64,000 bases of DNA from Octopus sinensis (taxonomy: Eukaryota), in contig NC_043000.1 of the NCBI RefSeq assembly GCF_006345805.1, forward strand, positions 76,384,001 through 76,448,000, written 5' to 3'. The notes below the pieces were generated by a model. The model saw only the letters and a program-made list of their open reading frames with translations. It searched no databases and was not told the origin of the DNA. Positions 48,774 to 63,379 of this stretch are shown piece by piece. The translations under genes and the position numbers were made by a program. Each line of letters begins with the position of its first letter. The first letter of the stretch is position 1.

Positions 48774-50424
48774 TATATACACATACGAAGAAGAACATTG
48801 ATATCTGTTAACATTTTTGACAAACAGAAGTTTATTCTTTCCGTAATAAAAAAGCAAAGATTGTTACTACAGATGGTTAAAAATTGAGACTGTTTGAATG
48901 TTATTGTTCTTGGTGTAATTGTTCTTGGTGTGCTACTGATGCCAATCATTCATTGCGCTTGTCAGCTCAGGTCAACTGCTGCCTATCATTTCGGTTCTCT
49001 TATGGTGTCAGTTAATGCTCTCTCTCTAAGCCTTCTGGTTAAATAGCTAAGGTGTGCTGAATTTATACTGATATTTAGGCACTTTTGCTGGAATCAGTTC
49101 TAAGCGAAGTCATGATTGGTTAGATTTATTTTTATCACAGATAATATTCTAACGAATGGCGTCATCGGATAATTGCTGAATATTCCCGCCACACACACAC
49201 ACACACACACACAAACATAACACACAAACACACACACATAAACACAAACACACACACACAAACACACATACACACAAACACACATACTTCTCAGTCTACA
49301 TCATTACCACTATTTCTTAATGTTCGGTTCTCCATGATTGCATGAGAAGTCACGTCTTCTTCAACACTACATATTACCCATTGATATCGGCCTTTGCCAT
49401 CTCATTCCTGAGATGCAATATTTTGAACATCAGTTTTCACGATTTTATTCAAGTTCCCTCTTTCACAGATTCAAATCATTTGAGGTGGTGACATTTCTCT
49501 AGATAGGTGTTATCCTCCATGCTCATCACATGTACATGCCAGAAGAGTCTTCTCTCTTGAAAACTACAACAGCTTTCCTCTCAACTTACGTATATGTCAA
49601 CTTGTGTACATGTTTCAATCATGAAAGAATCACTAAATAAACGGAGAAAACCAAACATTGGTGCAGGCAGGTAGAATTGTTTAGAGATGAAGTAATTCAA
49701 AGATACTTATCTACATGATAAACATTAAGTTAATGTTAATATATTTAATTTATGGAAAATGTAGCATTTAAGTATAATCATCGGTTGAGATAAAAAAAAA
49801 TGCAATATCAGTACATAACAATGGAATTCGGACTCAAGAAGTGTGGTATAATGTACCCGAAAAGAGACAGGGTACAGTCCCTGGCAGGGATACAACTACC
49901 TTATAGAGAATTAATTGAACAACACTAGTGGGTACGCTCGTCCCACTATCACGTGACCCGTGACGACTTAAGGCGGTATCATTCTATTTTGCGTTGCCTT
50001 CGACCGCACTGGACACGATTTTCTGAGTTCCACGCTCTACCTCCCTGTATCTATAGTCCTTTCGGACAGTTCTTATTTCTCTTTCGCGTTACCCTCTTTC
50101 GTCTTGTCTCGCAGCCCCAAAGCTTTTTTGTTGTATATGTATTATCATTATTAATTGTTGTCTTCGTGTGTCCCTCAGCCTTTATTCTGTTTATTGTTTT
50201 GTCCATCGTCCGTCCACTAACGGTCTCGTCTTGAGCCCGTCTCGTTTGGTTATGTTTTGGTACCAAGTTTCTTGTCGGTGCCTCCAGAGTGGAAGCAATA
50301 TTATCGATAATGGCTGAAATTGTGTTTGACCCTCTGGCCAATAACTGATGAAAAATTGGTCACCTTCAGTGTTTTCTGTTCGTGTTTTCTTTTTATTTAT
50401 TACACGTTCTTAAGTTGTATATGT

Positions 50425-50870
<446 letters not shown>

Positions 50871-51114
50871 TTTTGACTCGTCTAGGGACCCCTCTTTCAT
50901 CTGCGTATTGAGAAGTTAGCTGCCTATTTTGTTGAGTGAGTTCGTTTTTTGTTCGTCGTTGTTTGTGTTTGCTCGTGAATTGAACAGTTGTCCGTTGTGT
51001 GACAGTAATTTTCGCCCTACGGGGCTGAAAATTCTGTGTATAAACATTGTTATTACCTTCGGGATAATTAAAAAATTTTTTTTTATTGAAAAATTGGTTC
51101 TCATAATTTGAGAA

Positions 51115-52551
51115 ATGGAGTTCGACTTGGCGTCGAGGAACGACTTTCCCGTGATGAGAAAAGGCGAACAGAAGGATATCGAGGTTAGAAAACAGTCTTT
51201 TTCGGCCGCAGTGGGCGGAACCGTAACGGAAGTGGAATTCAAAATAGAACAGTTGTTCGAATACCGGAACTTGGTCAAAAAGGAAGGCAACGAAATAAAA
51301 CTGGTACCGCAGGAAGCGATATTACAGGAAATAAAGGCCAAGACAGTCGTGTACAAGGTTTACAGTAACAAAGAGAAAGAAATAATGGACGTGAAGAACG
51401 AAATAGTAGAGAAGTGCTTGACCCCGGTGTGGAGCAAAATTCGCTACGTCGGTCGAGGTGCCCGCAGCGCTACCGTTGAAGCACATTTCGACTCGGCTGA
51501 TGTGGCAAGAGAGATTTCATCGATGACCTTAAAAAGTGAGGACATCATGTTACTACCTACCTATATGGGCAAAAGAACTGCGAAACTATATGTGGAAGAC
51601 ATTCCAAGAGGATATGATATAATGTGGGTAGCAGCGGCGGTTCTGCACGACGTAGAGCAGAAAGTCTCAATTCTGCAGATGAAAAGGAAAGAGGAGGTAA
51701 ACTGGAAGGGACAAGCGCTCGAACTCCTCGTTCAAGCAGAAAATAATGTGCTAGAAAACTTACCCGATAGGGTATTTATTGAGGAGGGAATTACAATGAG
51801 AGTGTCAGTGGAGGGGCGCAGACCTTGGTGCTTCAAATGTGGTGAAAAGGGTCACGTCCGCTCGAACTGCATAAAAAAAAAGAAAAACAGCGAAGCCCCT
51901 CCTCAAAGTGCTTCAAACACAGAAAAAGAAAAGGCGGAAAAAGACCCCAAGACTGCAACAAGGAAGGGAATCGAAACGGAAGATAAAAATGAACAAATAG
52001 AATTTACACAGGTGACACACAAAAGAAAAAAAGAAAATACCCTGGACTCCCCTCCCCAAACAAAGAAAAAATCAGCAAACACCGCAGAGATACATACAAA
52101 ATAAATTCCCCAGCCCTACCCCCACGGCACTGTATTCATTGGAACACAGTTCGCCAAACCCCTCCCCATAAAACAAGATTGGAAAAAATTGATTAAAAAA
52201 AATGAAAATATTGTAGCATTCGACGAGAGGAACGATAGAGTGTTCAAGTATTTAAAATTTTCAAAACTGAAATTATTCAGTAAGTCTGCAGACACTAAGT
52301 CGACCACTCGTTTTGCAAAAATAAAGGAAGACGAGTGGAAAGAAAAAACACTCCAAGAACATTTTAAAAATAACCTTATCAGAGACGTAACTAAGGAAAT
52401 ACTGGAGGGCAAACTTACTATAACCCCGGCAACCACACCTACCCAGAGCCCGATGGCAACGCCGGTTAAGAGCCCTGCAGCTACGACCACAAGGGAGGAA
52501 GAAGGGGAAGCATGCAGATTTAAACTGTCATGCTCCTTGTCCCAACCGTAA
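51115..52551 (+). pseudogene. Tx1 ORF1 (gag-like, CCHC) with one in-frame TAA at 52102-52104
   Basis: RRPWCFKCGEKGHVRSNC; frame 52189-52551 is the same frame as 51115-52104. Confidence 0.85.
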
Positions 52552-52582
52552 GTTTATTATTTTTTTCTCTCTCTCTCCGACA

Positions 52583-55500
52583 ATGGCAAAGCTGGGTTGT
52601 GTGAATGTGCGTGGAATGGGGTCGAAATGGAAACAAATTTGTCTCCTGAACGACCTCACGACACACGGAGTGGACGTAGCTATTGTAACCGAGTCCAAGA
52701 TGAACGGGGCCCAAGCGTTCTCGCCTCTTCTAAATGGTTTCGAGAAATTCATTTCTCCTAGCCGAGGAGGAGGAAGGGGCGTGGCAGTCCTTATCAGGAA
52801 GAGCTTGGACTTGCAGGTATGTACTGTCTTTCTGGACCCAGAAGACAGGCTGGTCGTTCTGGATGTGACCCACGTAAGTAAACAGTCCTTCAGGTTGGTT
52901 GCTGTCTACGCTCCGAATGAGTGTAGGCAGTCGGTTTTTTTTCGGAATCTGGAGCACTTTTTAGTGACGTCGAAAACGGTAGTCTTAGTAGGGGACTTTA
53001 ACACTGTCCTCGAAGCGCGGGTCGACAGTGTTGGCTCAACCAATAGGAAGGGGAACCCTAGCCTCAAGGGTCTATTAGAGAGCTTTAATCTAGTAGACTG
53101 TTATCAACTGGATGAGCCGAGTGTTCCACAGTGGACGTGGAGTAACAACGACGGCTCACGCAGATCGTATATAGATAGGATATTCGTTAGGAAAAGAGAT
53201 AAGGATACGTTTAGTTGTCCACAGTTTCACATTGTGCCTTACACGGATCACAAATTTGTGACTTGTAGGGTGCAATTAGATAAGTGTCATAGACAGGGAC
53301 CCGGGTACTGGAAGCTGAACAAGTCTATTTTGAATTATGAAGACTTCCGTACCCGGATTAAGGTGTTAGTACAGAGGGCATTATGTGGCACCATCATTAA
53401 CAATAGATGGTGGCACTCCCTCAAAAGAGCCATTCGTTCAGAGTCCATTAGATTTAGCAATCAGCTAAGGTTAGATAGGTCTAGGATAGAGGACGATTTA
53501 GTTAAGAATCTAAACGAAGCAATGGAATCTGGCTGTGCATCCGGAGTGATGGCGGCAAGGACGGTATTGTACCGTCACCTTAACTCCAAACACGAAGGTT
53601 GCAGAGTTAGAGCTAAGCTACGCGCAGGGAAACGAGAAGGTATTAACGTTGCCGGATGGGCCCGTCGAGTGGAGAGTCAGAGAGGCAACAAAGCTTCAAT
53701 CAAGTCTTTAACTGACGAACAGGGAAACAAGATCTATGGACAGGAGGAGATGCAAAAGTTTCTTCACCAGCATTTCGCCCGCGCGTTCGGGGGTGGTGGT
53801 TCCCTGGAGCGGAGGAGGGCCTTAAAGGACTTCCTAGCCGGCGGACCGCGGCTCTCGGGGCGTGAGGTGGAGTGCTGTGAAGGAGCGATCAATCCCGCGG
53901 AGATAGAGGGGGTACTGGCCGGATGCGCCGGGGAGAAGTCGCCGGGGTTGGATGGTCTGCCCTACGAGTTTTATCAAAGTATGCCGGACTTGTTCGGGGG
54001 AATACTGGCAGGCGTCTACGCGAACTGGCAGCAGAACGGGAGAATTCCCAGTTCTGTAAGCCGGGGAGTGGTGACGCTAATCCAGAAAGACCCGAGCAAG
54101 AGGGATAACATTAGTAATTACAGGCCCATAACTCTACTTAATGTAGAGTTAAAGATTTTGGCCAAGGTGTTGGCAAAAAGGTTGACGGCTGTCGTGGAGA
54201 AACTTGTCGGGAAGGCACAGACATGTGCAATCCCAGGCAGGTCGATCCAGGATAATCTTCACCTTCTCCGCTACACTATAGATAGAGTCGGGAAATTAGA
54301 CGGCAAAGGAGGGGCATTGGTCCATTTAGACCAAAGTAAAGCGTTTGATAGGGTAGACCATCGGTACTTGGCGGCGGTCCTCGAAGCGGCTGGGCTGGGC
54401 CCTGGCTTCTGCGGGTGGATCTCAGCTATGTACAGCGGCATCAAGTCCACAGTCCAGATAAACGGTTACCTAACGGAGCCGTTTTCGATCAAGCGTTCAG
54501 TTCGTCAAGGGTGCCCCTTGTCCCCGCTCCTGTATGTTTTGGCTCCTGAGTCATTGCTGCGGAAGCTGGAGAATTTGGGAGGCAACCCTAATGAAATCGG
54601 ATGCGGTAAGTCTGTTTCTGCCTATGCGGATGACGTCACCCTCATCGTGTCCAACGGAACACAGCTACCTCACGTAGCAGGTGCTCTCCATAGATACGAG
54701 GCGGTGGCAGGGGCAAAAGTTAACAGGGACAAGTCCATCGGTTTGCGCCTCGGCACCTGGAGGAACACGCCGATACCGTCCAGTGTTGTTGGACACTGGA
54801 CGGATGGTCCTGTTAAATTGCTCGGAGTCTGGTTTGGTCCAGACTCCCAGATGGAGAAGAATTGGAGCGAGGTAACGAGCAAGGTGGATGCCATAGTACG
54901 GAAGTGGTCCGGAAGGCATCTTTCCTTGAAAGGGAGGGCGGAGGTGGCACAGATGTTTATAGCCTCTGTCGTCACCTACCGCCTGACCGTCGTGCCTTGC
55001 CCCGATTCGTGGTTAAACAAGTTGGAACGACTCCTTCTTCGCTTTTTGTGGAAAGGAGGATGCTCCGTGTGTTGCCAGGAACCGCTAAAGGGTGGACTGG
55101 GGATGCCTTGGCTAATGATGCGCAAGCATGCGTTGAGGCTGAGACACCTCTGGTGTTACCTGGAGGATGATAAGGTGTGGAGTTCGCTGGCAGAGGAATT
55201 CTTCCCGCGACCGGCCTCTATGGAGGGATTTACACCCGGTCTCATTAAAGGACGTAACTTGACTTCATGGCAGAAGGAGTGCCGACAGGCACTCTGGCTG
55301 ATCCACAAGATGGGCAAGGCCGGCAGCGGGAATACCACCTCGGTGTTCTATAAAGGGCTGGTAGAGGGAAAAATGATGACGTCCTAGGAAGGGCTCTGGG
55401 GTTCGATGAGGATCAACTCTCCAACCTGTTTAAGAAGACTTTTAGGTCGGGGTATTTGGATAATTACCAAAAATCCCTGACCTGGCAGTGCTATAGGAAT

Positions 55501-55956
55501 GCATTACCTGTTCGCGAGAAGTTATCCAGGCACGGAATGTCAGTGCCACCGACGTGTCCAAGATGTGGGTTGGACGATGAAACCGTTCAACACGCTTTTG
55601 TACAATGTCGGGAGCTGCCAGACTTGATAAGTTACGTTGAACACGTGTTGTCGCATCTGGGACGAGTACAGCTGTCGGCTGGATCCATGATTAAGATGAT
55701 ACCGCCAACTGGACTCTCAAAGGAAGGTAAGGCTTGTTTTTACTGTACGGTGGCAGTATTGAAAGAGTATGTATGGAGAACTAGAATGGAAGGTCTAGTG
55801 AAAGGGTCCTTTATCACTGGCCCCGGTTTGTTAAAATACTTCGGATATCATCTGAAGAGCAAGATGGGGTTGGCGAAGAGGAGCCTGCCACAGAAAGAGT
55901 ATATGGAACGTTGGAAGGATGTGATGAGAAAGGTGGGTGAGAGTAACCCAGCTTAA
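52583..55956 (+). pseudogene. Tx1 ORF2 (APE, RT, C-terminal zinc finger) with one frameshift in an A-run near 55370
   Basis: GCVNVRG, VTESK, VYAPN, GDFN, SYIDRIF, TDHK, WKLN, YRPITLLN, DQSKAFDRVDH, RQGCPLSPLL, AYADD, LLGVWF; adding one A to GGAAAAATG joins to LTWQCYRNALP..CPRCGLDDETVQHAFVQC. Confidence 0.92.
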
Positions 55957-56293
55957 TCATCGAGGAAAGGAAAAATCAGCTGCTGGGATTTATAGGCTGC
56001 CGGGTTCAAAATTGAAACTGGTACCTCCCATTACCTTTCACTGTACATAACTGTTTAAAATAAAGAAATAATAAAAAAAGAAAACATACGCACTAAAAGT
56101 TCTCGTGATAAAGGCAAAAGTAAGCCAAGGTTTCGTTTCAAGGCAAAGTAAGCCAAGTTTTCGTTCAAGTTACGTAAAATTTTATTTTTGTAATTTTTAT
56201 AATTTCATTCGAACTCGCAAAGCATTTTTGTAATTGTTTTGTCCTGTAATGTCCCAATTCTATGTTGGATCACTTGATCATAATGAAGATAAA

Positions 56294-56572
56294 TTCATCG
56301 AAAACCGGTGATTGTCGTACGCCGACGACAGGTCAATAACTAGAAACTGCAGTCCGTGCGTATCACTTAGGTTGACGAGGGAGGGATGACCTCCCTTTGC
56401 AAATACCATAAGGGCACAGAAAGTGTGCCTAAAGCCAGCTGGAGACGATGTTCTCCTGGGACTACAAGCTACAGTAACACCCACCCTTAGTGGTTAGCCA
56501 TATTGAGATGGCTAGTATACCTCACATTGTCGTGTAGTTACTGTTTACATCTCGTTCAGAGATTTATTATTG

Positions 56573-56574
<2 letters not shown>
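56294..56574. repeat. Right part of the small inverted/direct-terminus repeat
   Basis: See 50541-50870. Confidence 0.85.
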
Positions 56575-56611
<37 letters not shown>

Positions 56612-56614
56612 TAT

Positions 56615-56640
56615 ATCAATAATATATATAAAACGTGAGA

Positions 56641-56676
<36 letters not shown>

Positions 56677-59600
56677 TTTATATGTGACCGACCATTAGGA
56701 TGATCGCATGTAAAATCAATACTTTTCATCCGATTTCGTTCACGGTTGGCAAATACAATACTTACTTTCCACAGATGGGTCCATACTCTTTAATTCTTTC
56801 ACTTATGGAGTAACATGGAATAATAGGGCTTCTATAGAAAGGTTAAAAAAATCTCTGAAATATTGGGGACAAGGGAGGTAACTCTTTGCGAAATAACATT
56901 CCAAAATTGTTTGTTCCCTTACATTTGTATCACCTGTGCTACACTCTTGGTTGACAACGAGTAGGCCGTAGCCCGGAAAAGGGAAGTAACTCTTTGCGAA
57001 GTAACATTCAGAAATTGATTGTCTCCCTTACATTTGTATTCCCCTTTTCTACACTTTTTTGGCTGACAATCGGTGGGTCGAACCCCAGAACGAGATGCTC
57101 TGCAAAACATTTCATGCACACATCAACGTAAAATTCTGTAAATCTGTCAAATCCATACGTTATGTATGCAAATACATTACCACCAGATCGGAGAGAGACG
57201 TTTTTCAAATAAAATCTACGCGATCAACTAATTTTACAAATGATGAAGTGCTCTTTTCGAAATTGGACACTACATATCCACCAATGAAGCCATATGGAAA
57301 ACCTTAGGATTCCCAATTCACGAAGGATACCCTTCTATGATTCATCTCAGCGTTCATTTGGAAAATAGGTAGCGAATTTACTTCACATAAGACAACCTCA
57401 TTCAAAAAGCAGCTGTCCCGCCAAAGACCACTCTCACGGCCTTCTTTCATCTGTGTAAAGTCGACCCCTTCGCAAAGTCTATTTTGTGCGCTGAAGTGCC
57501 ATATTATTGCCTCCGCCTTAGCGAAGGCGGAGGTATTGTTTTCAGTTGTGTTTGTTTGTTTGTTTGTTTGTGCGTTGACAAGATATCTCAAGAACTACAT
57601 AATGGATTCGGTTGATGTTTGGCCTCGCGACTTGCACGAACTGATTAAATTTTGGAATCGATCCGGTACCGGACAAGAATTCTGGATTATTTTTCCTGTT
57701 TTTCTTTTTTACTTAATTTTTGAGAGCGGTCGGGTTCATTTTTAGTATTCTTGTTTGTGAGAGCAGTCGAGTTTATTTCAGATATTCTCATTTAGAAAAG
57801 CATCTCTGGCTAATCGTCGAGAGGACGTTGGTGTTGCCTTGGCGGCGGTTTGCACTCTCTGAGTGCTCTTGTTATACATGGAATCAATCATCTTCCCAAT
57901 GGCAACGATGAAACCAAGGCCGGCCTATGCAGTTGGATCCAACCGTATGCAAAGGCGACACAATCGGACGCGTCTACACAGTTCACCCCTTGAACTCTGA
58001 ATACTTCCATCTGCTGCTCTTACTTCATATCCTGAAGGGACCAACCTCCTTCGACGACCTTCGCACAATGAAAGGCCGCTTATGCAGCACTTTCAAAGAC
58101 GCCTGCTCCAAACGGGGACTTTTGGATACAGATGATCAATATGACAATGCACTCGAAGAGGCCTCTCTGTGTCATTCTCTGCACAAGCTCCGACACCTTT
58201 TTGCAATAATGCTGGTTTTCTGCAACCTGACAGACGTACATTCACTTCGGAATAAATACAAAGACTCAATGTTCCATGACATTTTGCTGCAGACTCACCA
58301 AATCACCGGTAACGTTGACTCTTCCACTACCCCTGCCATTTACAACAGAGGGCTTCTTCGCTTGGAAGACTTGGTTATGGCAACTGGAGGTCAAAAATTG
58401 GGCGCTTATTCTCTCAACACTCTAGACAGAAATGAAGACGCCTGTCCCAATCACCTCATTCTCAGAGAAATATCCTACAATATCCACAAACGCAAACAGT
58501 ACATTGCCTCTTTTGAATTCCGATCAAGATGACGTATACAATTTTGTCCTCGGAAACATCTACACACACATTGGCAGAATCATCTTCTTAGACGCCCCTG
58601 GAGGAACTGGGTAAACATTCATCCTGAATCTTCTTTGTGCGAAGTTGCGGCATACTGGTGACCTTGCTATTGTTGTTACCTCCTCAGGAATAGCCTCGAC
58701 TCTTCTCGACGGTGGACGAACAGCACACTTTACCTTCAAATTACCTTTTAATGCAGCACATAAAGAAAACCCAACGTGCCACACAATGCATTCCTCGGAC
58801 GAAGTCACAAATTTGAAAAAGTGCAAGCTCATTGTTTGGGATAAGCAACTATGTCCCATAAATGTTCCCTACAAGCACTTGATACCACAATGAGAGATCT
58901 TAGATTAAACAACAGCATCCTTGGAGGTACGACTCTACTTCATGAAGAAGATTTTCGACAAACTCTACCTATTTTGCCCAGAAGAACACCCGCTGATGAA
59001 CTTAATGCCTGCCTTTAAAAAAATCTCTCCTTTGGTTGCATGTCCAATCGAAACAACTCACCATTAACATGAGATCACTTATACAGACTGGTCAACCTAC
59101 AACCCAGTTTTCGGAAATGTTCCTTAAAATCGGCAATGGACAAATTACGTCCGACGACAACGGATACATTGACACTACCACCATTGGCCACACTATCTCC
59201 AGCCCTGTTGACTTATGTTCTGCCGTTTACCTAAATCTTACAATGGAATATATAAAACCAGGTTGGCTTCGCGACAGGGCTGTTCTTGCACCTACAAATG
59301 CAGCTGTCAACACTCTTAACTACGACTTACTTAGTCAGCTACCTTCTCAAGAACGTTGTTACAGATCAGTTGACACCGTTAATTATCTTAATCAGGTTAC
59401 ACACTTTCCAACAGGACTCCCTCCCCATGAACTTCACTTAAAAGTCGGTTGCCCTGTCATCCTCCTACGCAATCTAAACGCACCTACGCTATGCAATGGA
59501 ACACGCCTTGTGGTCAAACAAATGATGGACCACGTCATTGAAGCCCAAATTATCACGGGACACGACAAAAACGATACTGCTTTCATTCAAAAAATTCCGC

Positions 59601-59900
59601 TAAACCCAATTGACTGTTCCTACCCAATGCAGAGACTTCAGTTCCTTCTCAAACTCAGCTTCGCCATGACAATTAACAAAGCACAAGGTCAGTCGCTGAA
59701 AGTTGTCGGACTGGATCTTCGAACGTCGTGCTTTTCACATGGACAATTCTACGTCGGTTGTTCCAGAGTTAACCATCCAGACAACATATCTTTGCTCCTG
59801 AAGGAAAAACCAAAAATGTCTACAAAGCAGCCCTACAGTATTTATTCCTCTACTGCAATCTTCACATCTACGTTAAACTGTAGCCGTTAGCAATCAGATA
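56615..59900 (+). mobile_element. Degraded Helitron RepHel (Rep C-terminal part plus PIF1 helicase)
   Basis: DNRWVEPQN..HAHINVKFC.SVKSIRYVCKY; GRVYTVHP..KGPTSFDDLRT; FLDAPGGTG; SSGIASTLLDGGRTAH; KVGCPVILLRNLN..LCNGTRL; FAMTINKAQGQS..FSHGQFYVGCSRV; ends not located precisely. Confidence 0.9.
57505..57872 (+). mobile_element. Helentron-associated non-autonomous element (HINE/DINE-1 type) inserted at T|T in the RepHel ORF
   Basis: 5' hairpin CCTCCGCC-TTAGCGAA-GGCGGAGG, (TTTG)n tract, 3' GGCGGCGG then GCACTC-TCT-GAGTGC stem-loop; removal restores GTG CCA TAT TAT ACA TGG AAT (VPYYTWN). Confidence 0.82.
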
Positions 59901-60239
59901 TCATGCAAGTATGTCATTGATCTTTAGCTTCACTCCTCTGATTGCTGTTAACTGTATATTGCCTTGAATGACTCTTCTTACTTCAACACGCTGTTTGTTC
60001 ATAAGCATGCTCTAACATTTATTTTTGTACATGCCATTATTCTGTTTCTTTGTTTGCTATAAATGTTTGCTTTTCTTTCATTGAAAAAACAGGTTCAATG
60101 CAGTTGTGTCAGGCATTACGAGAAAAATAAGTACATGATACAAAACGCTTCAAGTAAGATATAGGATCCCTAATATTTACTGAAATTGCGATCGTTTCAT
60201 GGACTTCCATTTATTACTAACTACCAAATTTGTGTTCAG

Positions 60240-63100
60240 AAAAATTTATTGTTTACCTAAGATGATAAAATAAAAAGTATACACGGTATACATTAGAAGG
60301 GAAGTATACATAGTATATGACACTAAAAAAGACGGGAAACAAAGGATCGTAATGGGGGATCCCCTGATTCAGAAGGACCTCTAGGGATAACCAAGGAACC
60401 CGACCATCCAAAATAAGCCTGAGTAACAAGGACAAGAGCCTACTCCAACTTCTTTCTTCCGACTCATAGGTCTACACTGAGAGTGGTACCATCCACTCTA
60501 GTCCTTTTTGTAATTTTCACCCATCTTTTCATAAATTCACTAGAGGGCAGCACCTCCCTCTCCACCCTCACTTTCTTTTTCAAGTGAAATTTGAAAAAGT
60601 CGACGAGGGCTTTACCAAAGAGGAAAGTTTCTGTCCTCATTCTTTTCAGCTTCGTCCATCAGACAACCTTTTTCACCATAGCCTTGCCAGCCCGATTAGA
60701 GGAGGGCGGCGGGGCAGTCATCATTTTGGACTCAGACAACAGACGAATCTGTTCTATACGCGACAGGAATGAGTGCATGCAGAATGGTTTCGTCACTCTG
60801 CGAGCACCTCCGTCTGATAGCGCATCCGTCTGACAGCACATCCGTAGCGTTTATCTCGAACCGGTAGCGCCCCCAGTAGCACTGCTAGGCCAAAGACATC
60901 TGGAAATTATCCATAATAGTCCCCGACCGGAAAGTCCTCCGGAATAGACTAGTCAGTTCGTCTTCGTTGACGCTTAGGGTCTCCCCGAGGGCGTCGTCGC
61001 ACTTCCTCGCTACTAATCCTTTGTATATATCTAAAGTGGAACATCCACTGATCCTTCTAGAGGACAGTGAGCGCCTGACGACATTCTAAGTACCAGGCGC
61101 TCAGTCTCGGCTTATCCTTTACCCAAGACTGCAGCTCTATCATGGAGACGATCTGCTTTAAGGCGTGTCTCACAAACGGAGCTCATACAGGCTCACCTTC
61201 TAACAAATCGCTGCAGGTGGTGCAACCTGAGTGCGTGTCTGCGCATTAAAATCCATGGCAGGCCTAAGCCGCCACACAAAGGAAGTTGGCAGCAGGACGA
61301 CAGCCTGACCATTGTAACGCGTCCTTTCTACAAGAAAATAAACAGGATACGCTCAAATCTAATCAAGCAGTAACTGGCGCAAGGCATGACGGTCAGAGGA
61401 TAAATGATGACAGAGGCGATGTAGGCATTCGCCACCTCTGCCCGATCTTTCAAGGACAGCTTCCTCTCTGCCCATTTCTGGGTAAGAGAAGTCACTCTGT
61501 TTGTCACCTCTTCCCAATTCTTATCCACCTGGAGATCGTGACCAAACCAGATCCCGAGCAGTTTAACTGGTCCATCAGTCCAGCATCCGACGGCATCAAT
61601 CTGCCTCTTCAGGTGCCCAGTCGCAATCCCACCAATTTGTCGGAATTGATTTTAGCCTCTGCAACAAACTCATATTCCTTTACAATGGAGCCGACTGTCT
61701 CCTGTTGGAGGCGTCCGTCACAATGACGGTGACGTCGTCCGCGTATGCAGATATTGTCCTTCTGAGTCCAATTGCGAAAGGGAGACCTCTTAATTGTTCC
61801 AACTTCCACAGCACTGACTCGAGATCCAGCACATACAGAAGAGGTGACAGCGGGCAGCCCTAACGGACTGATGGTGCGATACTAAATGGTTCCGATAGGT
61901 GGCCATTTACCTTTTATTGCAGTTGATGTTGGTTTGGGAGGTAGAGCATTCAGGAAAAACTTGCTTTTCCGTGGCAACTGGAGGTAGACTCTTCCCTTGT
62001 CTTGGTTTGGGAGTGGGTGTGTGCGTGGGAGTGGGTGTGTGCGTGGGAGTGGGTGTGTGCGTGGGTGTGGGTGTAGGATTCTTGAGTACTTGTTTATGAT
62101 TTTGCGCTTGTGGTGTTTGTAATATTGGCGCCAGTGGGACTTTATTTTTCCTAGTTTCAGGACAGAAAACCTTTTAGTGAGTTACAGATCCACATATATG
62201 ACATCTTGGTTTTCTACTCTCCACAAATACTGACAGGTGAGTACCACCCAGAAGATCGATTAGATTGGGCAGCTGGTCGATATGGTCATGCTTCCATTGC
62301 AAGGTCAGTTCCATATCTATACGTAACCAGTTTTGCTTCGGTAGTTTCTTGACTTCCAATATTGCGACTTCGTTTTCTTCTGAACCTGCAAAGACAGCCG
62401 CCATTAACCAGATAATGTATATTTCTGGCGGCACATTCAACACCCTAATCTTGGAAAGGCGTTGGCAGCGATAGCTGGGGATTAAGAAAAAGTTACCGTT
62501 CTTCAAAGTGGTCGCGGAATTACATCTAGCTGCTGTTTCTGTCCCAAATCTCATCTTAACAGTTCCAAACTTCTTTCCTCGGTCTCAGGAGCATTTTCCA
62601 TCCGCCAAGATTTGACTCCGATGCAACGATATGTTACCGAGCAGCTTGCGATACTTTTTATCTCGTCGGATGGCGGGTTTAGAGTCACACTTTCCCCATC
62701 TCATTTTACAATTTTTCTTGTCAAATTCAATTCTTCTTCATATTTCCTGCCACAAACGCAAAAGCAGCGGAGGCGATATTTGTGTTTTTATGTTCCATTT
62801 CTTTGGTATTGTTGTTGCTGCTGCTGTTGTTGTTGTTGTTGTTGTTGGTGGTGGTGTTGCTGTTGTTGTTGTTGTCACTGCTGCTGCTGTTGTTGTTCTC
62901 GTTGTTGACACTGATAGTTTTGACGTTGCTTAGAGACGAAATATTTATTCGCCTCCGTGACGTAATTAAGTTTAGGCCATTCAATATTCTTATTCCCAAT
63001 TTCTTCCTCGTTCTCAATTTTATCTGACAAGGAGCGCGTCCCTTTGTCGAACATTATGATAGCTCCTTTTTTTGCCATCTTTAAATAATTAAAGAAAATT
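60240..63100 (-). mobile_element. Internally deleted Tx1/L1-clade LINE
   Basis: ORF1 relic (LIPSYRCQRLSKIRVLNVPP..ESRKPRCHICGSVTH) joined directly to mid-RT (VNGHLSEPFSI..GCPLSPLLYVL..AYADDVT), LSLKDRAEVAN, zinc finger RCSQSDETILHAL; EN and N-terminal RT absent. Confidence 0.83.
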
Positions 63101-63379
63101 GCAATAGATTTGCTTTTGCCTAAAATTATTGATGCGTACCGCCTGCAAAACAGAGGGTGTTTCTACACAAAAATACTATCTGCGCAGTCCAGACAATCTC
63201 AGAAATGCCATGGTAACGATAAAAACGAAAAGACGAGGCCTTAGAAGGCCGAAAAGATTAAAAACACGTTTTCAACTTACGGAGCACCAAATTTCCGTGA
63301 CTTTACTGTATGGCGGCCGTGCGAAGCCTTATATGGAATAGCATAAAATGGTGGAAAACGGAATTGACAGCAAGGAAGC

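Larger units (their letters stand above)
50871..56293 (+). mobile_element. Near-intact Tx1/L1-clade LINE with a 17-bp target-site duplication
   Basis: TTCATCGAAAACCGGTG at 50854-50870 and 56294-56310; ORF1 with CCHC; ORF2 APE+RT+zinc finger; A-rich 3' region. Confidence 0.93.

Noticed and set aside
49280-49520. Possible host exon or RTE fragment on the minus strand
   Set aside because: Stops in the frame examined and only vague similarity; not supportable
49924-49950. Hairpin TAGTGGG/CCCACTA overlapping CTAG, like a Helitron 3' end
   Set aside because: No spacer between hairpin and CTAG and no matching 5' end found
62727-63027. Poly-Asn, poly-Gln or poly-Cys ORFs
   Set aside because: (CAA/CAG)n microsatellite inside the decayed Tx1 ORF1
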